Shown in pieces: positions 39,343-51,926 of a stretch of 64,000 bases of DNA (position 1 is its first letter; each line of letters begins with the position of its first letter). Made by a program: the position numbers and the translations under genes. The stretch comes from Tricharina praecox. Lineage: Eukaryota. Below the pieces are notes generated by a model. It searched no databases and was not told the origin of the DNA. It was given only the letters and a program-made list of their open reading frames with translations. The stretch lies in the NCBI RefSeq assembly GCF_024521635.1, contig NW_026250417.1, forward strand, positions 682,001 to 746,000, given 5' to 3'.

Positions 39343-40675
39343 TTACCTACATACCTTCACGAGCTCGTCGTTTTTTCCCATCTATTTACAGTCGCTTTTT
39401 ACCAATCTTTCTTATTCACCTCATTAATCAATCAAGTCAAAACAAAGTTTCAATACAATCCCGAAACCAGGTGATCACCCGCGTACTGACAGAGTACTTG
39501 AGTACATACGTCGTCTGGAAATGGCGGATCCGCCGACTCGCCCATGTAGGCGAGGAACGCAAGGAACGCGCTCACACGCACGCTCGCACACACGCAAGCC
39601 GCCAGAGCCGAATGCCAGTAGTAGTCGTAGTCGTAGTTACCGCCTTACAGGCCACCTGACTTCCGATGATCCGATCCGCAGCCACATCCTACATTCCGTA
39701 CCCTACCTCGTCGGCGCCGGGACTCGGGAGTGGGATTCGTGAACGTCATCATCGTCCCGGGATTCGGGGCGCCAGATGCTCGAGAGACAATGGTGCATGT
39801 CACTCACAGAGTCACAGCGCGCACTCGGCCGCTGGGTATGCAAAAAAAAAAAAAAAAAAAAAAAATAAGAACCGAAAAAACAACCGTAAGCGGTCGTCCA
39901 GACGAGCACGAGCACGAGCACGATGCCCGAGATATGTTGTGTTGTGTCGTTGCCGGCACCGGGTCTCGAGCTCCCGGGGATCACATGCGGCTACATACGG
40001 CTACGGCTTTCCCGCCGGAGTTTGCACGGATACCGTACTCTATCTACCGTATTCACCCCTGCCGTAGGATCAACATTCAACATCCCCGACCGGGACGGAC
40101 ACGTACCGTACCGTCTTGGTTTTTGGTACCTGGTACATATCATATGTTGAGTGAGATTGGCAGTGCCAACGCCTTGGTCTTGGACTCTGGAAAGTAGATT
40201 TGCATGGATGATACCGGTACTGCATTGCTGGGGGGTACGTACGGTACTTTAGAGCACCCGCATCGGTAGCGCAGACAGACATGTACCGGTATATAGAGTA
40301 CTCGTACATACACAGATTGACTCGAGATTCGAGATTGGTGATGTGGGAGTCCGCAGTTCGCTTTCAGTTCTCTCATGCCTACGAGTCTGCGACCAGAGGC
40401 TGAAGTTGTTGGACACAAGCAATTGCTTACTCCGACCGACCGAGAGAATGCGCGTTAGGCAACTGTCACTGGAAAGTTGTAACTAGCTGTCCAGTGTATG
40501 TACGGTACATAGAAGATCCACCGTAGCGAACGAGATGTTCTGTCTCAAGGTGCACAACTGCTAGTACTTTATGTACTCTAGATCGACGCATCACCACCAT
40601 CACTCACATCGCCATCAGTTCCATCGACCGAACAGTCATTTTCCCCCGCGGCCCCTTCGCCGTACCTAGTTTAAG

Positions 40676-40715
40676 TAGATAGGCTGCATACGAAATAAAC
40701 TGAAGATCTCTCTCT
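40676..40715 (+). repeat. Dispersed 40-bp direct repeat, copy 2
   Basis: TAGATAGGCTGCATACGAAATAAACTGAAGATCTCTCTCT; matches 38870-38909. Confidence 0.8.
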
Positions 40716-40965
40716 ATCTCTATCTCTCTCTCTTTCCCACGGCCCCACTCCCGCTCCAACGATCGCGATCCACCATCCCAGCCATATCTATGACCAATTA
40801 CAATCACGCTTCCCCCACGGAAATCCCAATCGTGACCAGGCTCGCAAGCACGTTGACAGTCTGACGGTCAAGGCCACTCCCAACCCCCGGCACTACCACT
40901 CCCGTGCGCAGTAATCTGCGTATGCCGTCCGTTCCGGCGGAGCTCACCCCGACGTACTAAGGAAG

Positions 40966-41111
40966 CCTAATCCATCTTTCGGAAAGGAGAGATGTTGATA
41001 GAGAAACTTGAAGCGGTGTGGTTTTCGGGAGGTTGAAGCTAGGTAAACCTAATCCTTTGGAAAGGAGAGATTTTGATAGAGAAAGTTGAAGCGGTGTGGT
41101 TTTCCGGAGGT
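40966..41111 (+). repeat. Imperfect ~65-bp tandem duplication
   Basis: CCTAATCC...GGAAAGGAGAGATkTTGATAGAGAAAsTTGAAGCGGTGTGGTTTTCsGGAGGT at 40966 and 41048. Confidence 0.85.
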
Positions 41112-41469
41112 AGGTGGGCAAACGTAATAGCAGTTCGTGAGACGCTGTGGCGTCGTCCGCCGTTCGTCGTGCTTGGTTTATACCGGCGTAAAGAGCTTGG
41201 AGTCCCTGGACGTTGCGAATTGTGCGAAGAGCTTCAACTATACATTCAGTAATTTATACGCCGTGGACTAGACCACGCGATTGATAGACACAGTCGTCTT
41301 GCTCGCATATAGAAAGTTAGATCAAGTGAAGAAAGCGCAAACATAAAAGATATCCGCTCTTCCCGCCTAACGCTACGCTCCTCGATAACGCCATTTTACA
41401 CTCGCCCCCTCGACAACGCCACTTTATACTCCCCACCTCACCGCCACCATCCGATCCCGACGACGACGA

Positions 41470-42741
41470 CTACAACTCCTTCTTGAGCGAATGCTCAGGG
41501 GCATGGATCCACTCGTAATCGACGTGAACATAGGCCCTCTCGACATCCGGCAGTCCCTCCAGCTTGATCTGCAAGCTCTCGGCAATGTCGTGGGTATCCT
41601 TTAGCGACATGGTCTCGGGCAGGACGATGTCGACCTCGACGATGATCCTGGGGCCCGCATGGTACGCGCGGACGGTGTCGATGTGCGTGATCCTCTCGTC
41701 GTGCGTCATCGAGACATACGTAATCAATCCTCGCAGCTCCTGGGGCGCAGCAACGCCGATCAGGAGCAGTGACTCGTGGTACACCGTCTTCGACCATGCT
41801 CCGAGGATGACGAGGCCGATGACAATGGCGCCGAAGGAGTCGACCCACCAGGCCAATTTGCTGCCGGCAATGGAGGTGAGAAGCCCGAAGGAGTTGACGG
41901 GAAGGTCGTTGCGGTGGTCCTTCCACAGGATCATCACCTGCGAGTACTTATGTCTCAGGGAGTAGCAATAGAAAAACAGCACGAGCTTTGTTGCCAGCGC
42001 GACTCCGACTGCGATGACGGATGGAAGACTGAACGACTTTGTCTCGCCGTGATCCGCCTTCGCGAGATCGCTAGCGCTAACAACGATGAGGATCAAGGAT
42101 ACGGCGATCATGAGGAAAGCGAAGGCGATGTTCCCAGCAGTCTCAAGTCTCGCCTTGCCCGACGGGAAGCGGGAGGAGTCGACGCGGTTGACGGCGCGGT
42201 GAGAAAGTATCAACATCACGTTCGAGAGAGGATCGAAAATGGAGTCGGCCGCAGCTATGACATTGTCAGTGCATGTCACTACTCCTCACTCCTCCACACT
42301 CTGGGACGTACTGGCAAACAAGGACAAAGATCCAGACGAGATGGCTGCGTAGAGCTGCAAAACAGCAAGGACCAGATTCGCCGCCAAGGATCCATGAACG
42401 GCGATTAAAAATCTGAGCCGCGTGTCGTCGGCCGAATCCTTCGCCTCGCGTCGGTGCTCGTCGACGCTCTTGAGCATCCGCTGGATGTGCGCATTCTGGC
42501 TCTCGTAGAAGGATTGTAGGCCCTTAACGTCGCGTTTCTCGGTGGATGAGCGACGCCGCGCAGAAAACGGGATGCGTGAGTGCGGCTTGGTAGCAGACGT
42601 CGGTGAGGTGGCCAACTCGGCGATTTCGGCGGGAGATTTGAGGGCCAGGGATAGACGGAGTGGGTCAGGCCTGTGAGCGCGAGGGGATAACTCGATATCA
42701 TGTTGCTCGAGTACCGTCGTTGTCATACTAGATGTCGCCAT
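41470..42741 (-). CDS. Cation diffusion facilitator, Mn-CDF/MTP-like, ~404 aa
   Basis: Exons 42741-42312 and 42254-41470 (intron GTACGT...TAG). SLSLFATAADSIFDP and KDHRND (DxxxD metal sites typical of Mn-CDFs), FPSGKARLET, IDTVRAYHAG, HDIAESLQIKLE...VERAYVHVDYE. Confidence 0.93.
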
Positions 42742-43267
42742 TTTGATTTGAAGTATGATGGATGTGCGATGTAAAGAAGGAAGGGAAGAGGAGGGAAGAA
42801 ATAGAAAAAGTGAGGGCAGCCATGATGTCCCCCCAACTTGAAGTAGGCTTCGTTGCTAGGGTCGTATGGGGCTAAAAATATGCAGAACAAGCATCGGCAG
42901 CAGGGTGTTAGCACACGGAAGCCCTACCGAAATGCAGGTTGACGCAAGCCCACTTGACTTGCAATTTAGTAAGCGAATCAGACACGAGTGAGCTACAATG
43001 ATCATCATTGAATTGTCGATCCCCTCGGATGAATTCACAACTCCGCAATATACAAATTTGTCAAACATGTTATCGAAAGAAGTAAAAAGTAGAAAGTATT
43101 GACAAATGGGTATGCTGTCGGAGAAACATTGCGTGCTTATTAGCACAGAGAAAGAACTGGGGAATTCGTTCGAGGGGAAGAAAAAGGCAGAAAATCTTGC
43201 AGAAGCAGTGAGTTGAACGGGAAACATTTGACAAATCTCGAAATCACACGCAAATCACATCGGCAGG

Positions 43268-45331
43268 CTACTCGTCTCTGGCGTTGCTGTTGATGTTGAA
43301 GTCTGTGGAGGCGTCGGAGTCGGCTTCTGCCGCGGTCTCAGCCACAGTGTCGTTCTGGATCTGCATACCAGTCGCCATCCTGGAAAGGACATTATTAATG
43401 GCCCTTCTGATCAGCACACTCAGCGGCTCGTTCTGGCCTCCTTCAGGACCAGGATGGGCAACCGTAGTATCGTTGTTAGTGACCGAGTAGCATGCTCCAG
43501 AAACCCAATCCGGAGTCGGGGCGGAATCTTGAAGAGGGTACATCCCAGTCTGCTGATAGTACATCTGTTCGGCTTGGTCCCTGTGACCCTTCCATCCGGC
43601 ATAAACTGGATCACGAAGGCAGTACTCGAACCATCCCAGCAGATACTGGTCGTTCTGGAGGACAGTGCGAACCAGATCCGCGAACATATAGGTAGGAACC
43701 CTAAAACCGTCAGTTATTGTCCGCAGGGAAGCAGAATTGGGTAGACTGCTCACTTGTTGTGCCACCAGCCATCCATAACTCCCGTGATGGTTCTTCTAGC
43801 CGAACCACCGTGCCTCTGCTCTACGACAGTGAGCCATTCCAAACCGTAGCCCGGCTGCACGTTTTCTGGCACTGTATAGCTTCCGGGCTCCTGTGAGGCT
43901 TGGTGGGAGCCGTTCTGTTTGGCTGTGGCTTTGAAGCCAGGTTGGACGCTCTGGTGGTGGTTAGCATCGGTCACATCATCCCCGTTGGTGACTCTGCTCA
44001 CGGTGGGGTCACTCGTGCGGGCGCTGCGGTCATCCCCGGCATTGTCGATCATCGTGTCATTGTCGATCATCGCGGCAAGCTCATCGGCTACTCTGAGGTG
44101 TGAGCTATTAATAGGGAATTGAACGAAGAGCTGCTTACCTGAGGAGGCCTGTGATGAGGGAGGACTATGCAGAGTGACTCTATTGCCAACTCCAGCAAAG
44201 GATTCGGGTTTATCTGGGGGTAGTTAGCTACCAACAAGAGCCCGACAAAGAGACAGCCGAAATACCCATCAGTCCGTCGTGGAAGTGACCAATCATGATG
44301 TTATCAGATCCGTCCCGAGAGTCGTTGATGGTACCAAAGCTATCAGGAGAACCAGGCTCGCCGTTGTAGTTTTCACGCTCGTGCTGATGACCAATGTACT
44401 CGGTGGCTTCCAATACAGGAGAAGCAGGCGGGGATTCGGTGTCGGAGCCAACGGGAGTCTCGATGGGAGACAGAGGGGAGTCTCGCAAGAAAACAGAAGG
44501 ATCGACGGTGCATTTCCCGCCGCATGTACTGCAGTTCGCTGGAAGAGGACCGTTAGGTGCGTCACCGTGGTCTGGCGGGTCAGCGTAGTAACCGAGTAGA
44601 GGAGAAGCCGTGTCATTGTTGACGGTTGCACCGCTGTCAGTGGCTCCATCCGCTTCCAGCTCGTCCAGGTTGTGAGAGAAAAGAGACGGCAACCTGGACG
44701 AAGAGCAAACTGACATCATATCGCCGTGGTCATTATCTTCGTTGCGGTTGTCTGACACTGGATCGCGAGTTGAGGTAGAGAGGATAGAAACCTCGTCCTC
44801 AATTCCATACTCACTCCCAGTAGTTGACAATGGGCTGTCCGACCTGATCGACATGCTGGTTTCGACATCGTCCGCATTGGCATCTTCCAGCACTTTGCCT
44901 ACTTTCTGCAACGAAATGTGCTCCCACTGGCTCATCGCAGCCGAGAGAGGGCTATTAGGCGTATCATCTTCTTTGTGGTCCCCTCCAAGTACAACCGCGG
45001 GAAGGGCTGGAACACCAGTATCAGAAATTCTTGTGGTAGTACCAGCCGCCGCATTAGTAGAGTTCGCCCCAGTTCCTTCCTTGGCTCCCTCCGAGCTCAC
45101 TTCTCCTCCACTATTCACTGCTGGCTCATCTCCAAGAGTCTTGTATGGCCTGCGTGGCTTGCGTGGCTTGCGTGCGGAGGGGTTTTCGGGACAAGCCTGA
45201 TATGAGCGACCGGAGCGAGTACTTCGTGTTCCTAAATTGAAGTCGGTGATCATCTCATGCGGCGTATCCCTCATGTCAATCCCAAAGTCGAGAGTCTGGA
45301 ACAAGTCCTGCTTGGGATTGGTGCGCCCCAT
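43268..45331 (-). CDS. Hypothetical acidic, low-complexity protein (~635 aa) with a small aromatic-rich C-terminal domain
   Basis: Exons 45331-44266, 44213-44139, 44087-43754, 43700-43268 (donors GTATTT, GTAAGC, GTGAGC) join three track ORFs in frame (1908 nt). No family recognised. Confidence 0.65.
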
Positions 45332-45373
45332 TGACCGGAATTTGGGGGGTTATTCGGGGGTTGTAGTGGTTTG

Positions 45374-45438
45374 GGTGGTGGTTGTGGTGGTGGTTGTGGT
45401 GGTGGTTGTGGTGGTGGTTGTGGTGGTGGTTGTGGTGG
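45374..45438. repeat. (GGTGGTGGTTGT)5 repeat just upstream of the orphan gene ATG
   Basis: Five 12-mers read directly. Confidence 0.85.
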
Positions 45439-45806
45439 GGGATTATTGTTGTGATGGAGGTGAAGAGATGTTGAAGTAGTTGTTGTCGCAGAGGTCGTTG
45501 GAGTCAACGAAGTGTGTTCCGATAACACACTTCGATGTTCTCCTATACACCAGCACTCACATATTCACTATTGCCTCTGACAAAACAGCGGATTAGTCTA
45601 ACATTCAATCTTCAATTTTCCTCGACCTAGTAGGCATGTGTGAGTAGTGGTGCATCCGCTTGGTTTCTCTACTCACTCTTCACGATGCCAAACACCAAAC
45701 GATGATATAACAGTTAACGGTCTTTTCATGCTTCATCTACTGTGCTATGGTATCCCACATCAACGCAAACCACCATCCAATAAATCCACCACCCTTCTCA
45801 TACACA

Positions 45807-47285
45807 TTACCGCCCAACAGTTCCCCACCAGCCCAGACCGGCCACTCCTCCACCCAAAATCGCAGCCGCCGGCGCGACACCGTACCACTCAACAACCGTG
45901 TACGTCGTCGCCGCAACCACCAGCCACCAGGGCTCCTTCGCCAAACTGATGCCGGAGCTTTCCGCAGCCGTCAGGTAGCCGATCTCCCACAGCCGGTACA
46001 CGGCGGTGAAGACCAACCCTACGGCGGCGGCATGAATACCTCTTAACACGCTGACAACAGTGCGCCTCTTGCGCAGAACGCTCCACAAGCTCTGGAAGCC
46101 CACCGATAGCGCAATTCCCGGGAAGAAGATGCCGAGAAAGCCGATCACTGCACCCAGAGTCGTCGACGATTTCGAAAGCGTGAGTCCTCCGAGGTAGACG
46201 GCGAAGTTGAAGTTTGGTCCCGGGAATGCCTGGATCAGCGCGAGTCCGAGAAGGAAGTCACGGGGCGACACCCAGCCAGGCTCGACCACGTATTCGCGGA
46301 GAAGAGGAATCACGACGGGTCCTCCGCCGAAGATGACGGTACCCGCGAGGTACATGTTGTTGAAGAGGGCCAGCGGCAGAGGTACGTCCTTGAGAACTCC
46401 GCGGATGACCATGAGCGTGATGAACGAGACGAAGAACCCGACGATGATGAGGATACCCCACTTGACGGGGACACCATGCTTCGGCATGGTTACCGCCGGA
46501 AGGATGTTCTGCTCCTCCTCCTGGGAGCCGCCGTGAGTCGATGGCGCGGATGTCTGCCGGCGCTGAGTTGTCGATGCGCTGTCTGCCAGGTCCACAGGGA
46601 CAGAGATATTCTCCTCGACTTCCCTCGGCTCCGACTTCCGCCGCTTCATTTTCTCCTTGATGCCCTGCACCTTGGTCTTCATCCAGCAATCCCAAGCCAG
46701 CGTCGCCGCGCCTCCGATCAAAATCAGAACCGGGAAGTACCAAAGCGCATTGTAACACAGTCCCGCACAGCCTCCGAACACAACGAGGGCCCTGGTCAGC
46801 CTATCGGTGATAGCCTTCTTGGCGAGCTGCACAGCCGCCAACGCGATGATTCCGACGGTCGCCGCATTGAGACCCGAGAGCAGCGCGTACACGGGGTCCG
46901 GTAGAATCTCGCCAACACGCTGGATTCCCAGGGCGAGTCCGAACATGCCCAGTGCGCCGGGGAGCGACCAGATGAAGAACACGACGAGGGCGGGGAGAAA
47001 GCCCGCGTGGATGTGCGCGATGCTGAAGGCCATCTTTGTCGATGCGGGGCCGGGGAGTGCTTGGCAGATGGCGAACAGCTCCTGGTAGGTTTGTTCGTCG
47101 ATCCACGGTGTCTTTCCCATACCGTCGACGAAGCGGCGGTGGAGAATCTGGAAGTGAACGGGAGGTCCGCCGAACGACGTGAAGCCGAGATCCCAAGTGC
47201 GAAGGAACACATCTCGGAGGCGAGGAAACAGCTTCGTCTCAGCGCCGGCTCTGCTGCCGGCGGAAAACATGGCGGACAGTGACAT
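45807..47285 (-). CDS. Chromate ion transporter (CHR family, long two-domain type), 492 aa, intronless
   Basis: LGFTSFGGPPVHFQI...WIDEQTYQELFAICQALPGPASTK and second-half IFGGGPVVIPLL...GWVSPRDFLLGLALIQAFPGPNFNF are the two CHR repeats. Confidence 0.95.
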   Translation of the reverse strand: MSLSAMFSAGSRAGAETKLFPRLRDVFLRTWDLGFTSFGGPPVHFQILHRRFVDGMGKTPWIDEQTYQELFAICQALPGPASTKMAFSIAHIHAGFLPALVVFFIWSLPGALGMFGLALGIQRVGEILPDPVYALLSGLNAATVGIIALAAVQLAKKAITDRLTRALVVFGGCAGLCYNALWYFPVLILIGGAATLAWDCWMKTKVQGIKEKMKRRKSEPREVEENISVPVDLADSASTTQRRQTSAPSTHGGSQEEEQNILPAVTMPKHGVPVKWGILIIVGFFVSFITLMVIRGVLKDVPLPLALFNNMYLAGTVIFGGGPVVIPLLREYVVEPGWVSPRDFLLGLALIQAFPGPNFNFAVYLGGLTLSKSSTTLGAVIGFLGIFFPGIALSVGFQSLWSVLRKRRTVVSVLRGIHAAAVGLVFTAVYRLWEIGYLTAAESSGISLAKEPWWLVVAATTYTVVEWYGVAPAAAILGGGVAGLGWWGTVGR

Positions 47286-50200
47286 TGCGAAGTCGAAGTC
47301 GAGGTCGATAGGTGAGTATGAGATGGGACGTTGAGAAGGAAGGAACAGTCGCGATACCTACATATATGTAGTGTCGGAAGCGCAGGCTAGCAGATGGCGC
47401 GAAATCACAGAATTCGGGTAGCAAATGGGGTGCCAGAATCCATCAACGTGCGACAGGGAAGAGCTTAATTTTCAAGCGAAAAGGGCAATTCCGGCGTTTG
47501 ACGCGGCTTGGCTCTGGCAGCATGGGATCGCGGGCTCCACAGTGCGCTGCTGAGGAGCACGCTACAATTCAAAGCGGCAACTACTGACTTACATACATAA
47601 CTGGTTTTCCTGCGAGGTCGGGTACCTTGCTAGCTTTTGACAGCTTAAACCCACCGCGAAGGTTCCAGGACTTCCAGCCTAACATCTGCTAGCAAAGTGG
47701 TCACTGCCCAGTTCCTATTGGCTGCAGGGTTTTCTCAGGCCAGGGGAGCTGCGTCGGGTAGCGAGGGCTGCCCATCTTCAATATCAAAATCCGCCGACAT
47801 CGCGATGAGGGCCAAAAGCACGAAAAACAACATTACCAGGGGTTTTCCGGACAACAAGGAGTTTTTGGAAAGTGCGGACTTGCATTCCAGCAGAAACCGC
47901 CATTACAAACCAGCCGGAAGGTTCTTCACGTTTACTGCTCGTCTTCGGCTCACAATGAAGCTTCGAAACTTCATGCTATGTATCCAGTCCAATCTCATTT
48001 CCAGAAAGATCATCCGTTCGGTGGTAATCGAAGCACGCTTACCAGTTACTTGGCAGGTCTACACATACCGTAGGTCTGTAGCTAGCAGCTCTGTCGACTC
48101 ATCATGAGTCTTTCTGAATACAGTACGTACGATGACGGCTTAGGCCAGGCGCCAGCCCCTTAAACGGCGACATAGTACGTGGGCTGGCTTTGTTGACATG
48201 AAGACTTTGCCCTGAGCTTGTATGATTCGGGCCGAGTTCGGGAGTGGGACGCATACGGTTTCTTCCGTTCAATCGTCATCTTACGGTATCAGATCATGGC
48301 AGCTGCAACCCGATTCCGCGGGGGGGCTCATATGTAACGGGTGATAGTTTGAGGCGTCGCGAGTGATGGGATATCTAGGGCCTGGGTACGGAATTTGAAT
48401 GTACATACCAGCCACGGGAGGAGGGTGGGGCACGTGCTCCGGACTCCGGAGCATAACCTCCACTCTAAATACCGATAACCGTGCCATGATGTTTCTCTCG
48501 ATGGCATATGACGTATTGTCGTCAGCTCTTGGTGCTGGTGTTGTCCCTAAGCCGTAATACCATATTCCCACAGCTTTTGTGGTATGTATCTTGCCATACT
48601 TATCATATGGCCTAATCACGGGCAAGGCTGGACAACAAATCCACCTCTACGCTCTACAGTGGTCGCATATGCCCCGAATCACATAGCGAGGGGGTCAACA
48701 TGCGGATGGTGCCTGGGGTTGCTACAAAGATAGCAAGCTCATGGGCGCAAAAGTGAGCGAGAAACCACTGCCATCTCGGGGATAAATTATCTTCCGCTCG
48801 GAAGACCACGGGTGCTGCAATAGCACCGGTACACCAGATATACACCAAGCGGAACATGAGAGGGAGGCTGGTATGTATGTGCACCCGTTCATGAGTCATG
48901 AGATGCGGCCGCAATAGCAATCCCGGTCTGGGTATTAGACAGTTGAAAGAGGAAGACGAGAATCCTTAGATTACGCGCAGCGGGCTGGACCAGCGCACCG
49001 GTTATGCCTACACACGATCCGCTCTCGAGTTGAACCATTCTTCATGAGCGGATTCAGATCGATGGTTGGTGCGAAACGACGGCCAAACTCGCCCGGACGA
49101 CTGTTGTCAATTTGATGGTCGACACCGTGGCGGTCATAAACGAGAATTCTACTGGTCGTCATCCGTCGATTCCATTGAAGGGATGCTGAGGCGGCGGCAA
49201 CGAGTGAGGGAATATCTCCCACGCTGTGGCTTCCGAGCAAGAAGAGGACTCCTACAGGTTCCACCGATCATCACCCGCCCTTAAAGGGAGCAGATGCCCA
49301 ACGCCATACTGTTGTTCTCATTCCACGCCCCGAGTCTATCCGAAGGGAAGCTTGTGTGGTGGGGCGAGAGGAGGACCTGTCGGCGAGAGGAGGAAGTGAA
49401 GGAGGACCTGTCGGCGGGAGAAAACGAATGTGGTTAGTAGTGCAGACCAACGTTGGTGGGAATCAACGTTGGCGGCCATGGCGAGGTCGTTTTCTTCATC
49501 TCCTTCTTCTTCTCTCTCGATCATCATCTACCGAATAGACAATCAACCTCCATACCTCCTCTTTCTTCTGTGTGTGCTCTCCTCTCGATCCCGCCTCCGG
49601 CCTGGAGGGTGTTGGCAAAAGAGCCGTCTGCAAAACTGCACTCGAGTCACACGTACATACAGCATTCGAAATCTACCCTACTACCTCCCGGATACTTCTG
49701 TGGGTGGGAGGGTGGCTATTGAGGCCCGCTTTGCACCTACCATCATGATGGTTCGCCGGTCACCACTAAGGCCCACACCGAGAATTTGAAGTATCACTTC
49801 CACCAAGTCTTCTCCGACGTTGATTAGGTATCGGTGTGTTCGTAGCTGTTGATTCTCTCGACACTCTTCATTCCAACACTGATCACGGTTGACGGAGAAC
49901 TAGATGTGCGAGATCACTGTCGGCTCATTGGTATGAGTAGAGTATGTACCAATCTCATGCAGACTCGCTTCGAAACCGAAGAAGCAACCCCGAGAGAGTC
50001 GTTCATCGAGTCATCGATGTCAGCATCCAATCCCTTTCGACCATCAACCCTGAATTCGTGTCACTACTCGTATGTAGCACCGAATCTCAGCATCCTCAGC
50101 CCCGTGTTGAGTCCGTCTGAATCGTTGCTGCAAGCCTGCAACCGCCTTGGATTCGGAGGGTTACACCCACACACCATACACAGAGCATTCCCACTGGCCA

Positions 50201-51093
50201 CCCCTTTAATTTTGCCACCACCAACCTCTCGCAGTCCAGAACGTGAATTTGTACCACCAACGCACGTCCCGCTTCGTGTTCAGCCCTGAGCTCTAAGCCC
50301 AGCCCGACTCGCGATTCGCCCTGTGTCACAGCTGCAGCCTCTGAGCGTGTGCAACAGAGGCTACTGATTGCTGCTGTGCTGGCACTGCTCCCACACCCCC
50401 GTTGTGGTACAAGGGAGCCGAGGAGGGTGTAACAGTGTTGCAAACGTGTTGTACGAATGGTCTTTATGCGGTGGCCGCTCGCAGCCATTTCCAGGGACCA
50501 GGGGAAGGGGGGAAGCATAACTGGGGGGTTTCGAACGGTGGTTCTTTACAGTCGAGTGAAACTTGCAGAGACCAACTATCCAGCAAAGAGTGCACGCGGG
50601 GGGACGAGATTCGTTCCTCGGAGCGTCGATTGCATCACTCGATCGAAGGAGGATTTCTTCGTCACTTCGTGCCCTTGGTTGCAACTTGCAACTTGCACCC
50701 GGAATCACCCACTGGGGCGGCGTCTGTCGGACCCGAGTACCAGGTGCACGTATGATGGTTCATTTCCCCGCCCAACGCAGGCATGTCAGGCACTTATCTA
50801 CTGGAGTGCACCACCTGAGACTGCTAGAGCCCTGCACTTAACTGCGAGACCCTGTGTTCAGTTTGCACGCGCGAGCCAATCCACAGCTGACTGGCACTGG
50901 CCGCAGGGCATGATTGGACCGTATCCGAAAGAGTCAATTTTTTGGCTCCCTTCCTCCTCGCTAACCCGCACCCAGGTGTACTCTAGGTATTCTTGGACCC
51001 GGGCTTGCCTTCGTGGATCAGCCCAAGATGCAATGCACCGAAGAGACAAACAGGAGGAGGGCGGAGAGGAGACGGGAGGAGAAGCTGGATGAA

Positions 51094-51100
51094 TATAAAA
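51094..51100 (+). promoter_or_regulatory. Putative TATA box of the MARVEL gene
   Basis: TATAAAA about 140 bp upstream of the ATG at 51237, followed by a C/A-rich leader. Confidence 0.5.
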
Positions 51101-51236
51101 GCAGTATCCTTCCAACAAGTCCATATAACAGTTCAGCAAGCCAACGAACACATCCAGACAATCCAGCAAGCAAGCCTCCTCACAGCCGGTGGCTCGTCTA
51201 TAATCTTCCTCTCCGTACATACCTCTTCCCGCCACG

Positions 51237-51926
51237 ATGCAGTCCCCCAACGCGCCGGAGCACCCGGCGCACATCGTCCGCATCCCACACTTCCTCTTCA
51301 TCATGCGGCTGGTGCAAATTTTCCTGAGCGTGGTGATCCTGGCGCTGATGGCCTTCGCCATAACCCAACTGACCAACGTCTTCGGCACCTTCGGCTACAA
51401 CATCTTCTGCTGCATCTACAACTTCATCGGTGTCGGCTACCTCCTCGTCAGCGTGGCCCGTGCCCCGCGGATATGGAACTGTTGGGCCGCCCTGGTCATC
51501 GATATCTTCGGCGTGATATTCTGGATCTCCGCGTGGGGTTCCCTCGCCGGCTGGGCTGCCCTCGGGAATATCGCCTACGATTCCAGTGCGCTGGATCTGT
51601 GCCGCCACTATTCGAAGACCGACCAGAGGAAGTGTAATGGACGCAAGGGAGCGTGGCAGGCGAGCGCGGCGACGGCTGGATTGGGCGCGATTGTTTGGTA
51701 GCTCTTCACCTCCCTCCCCGGTACTCTCTACTGCTACTGGAATAGCTACTGATGGGATCATAGGGTTCTCTTTGTGGTCCACTTGATCGTCTACTCCATC
51801 CATCTCCACCGCCACCGCACCGCGCCTGAGACTAAGCATCTGCCTTCTTCCGGCCGTGCGCTGACCGAGGAGGAGAAGGGCGCCGAGATGAATGTGGTTT
51901 CGCCCCAAGGGGTTTACTCCGCCTAG
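51237..51926 (+). CDS. MARVEL-domain four-helix membrane protein, ~207 aa
   Basis: Exons 51237-51697 and 51764-51926. MRLVQIFLSVVILALMAF...FGYNIF...WNCWAALVIDIFGVIFWISAWGSLA...AATAGLGAIVWVLFVVHLIVY: four TM helices in the fungal MARVEL pattern. Confidence 0.85.

Noticed and set aside
47400..51000. Short ORFs between the CHR and MARVEL genes, and likewise at 56000-58100 and 62100-63300
   Set aside because: No recognisable domains, codon bias or consistent splice model.
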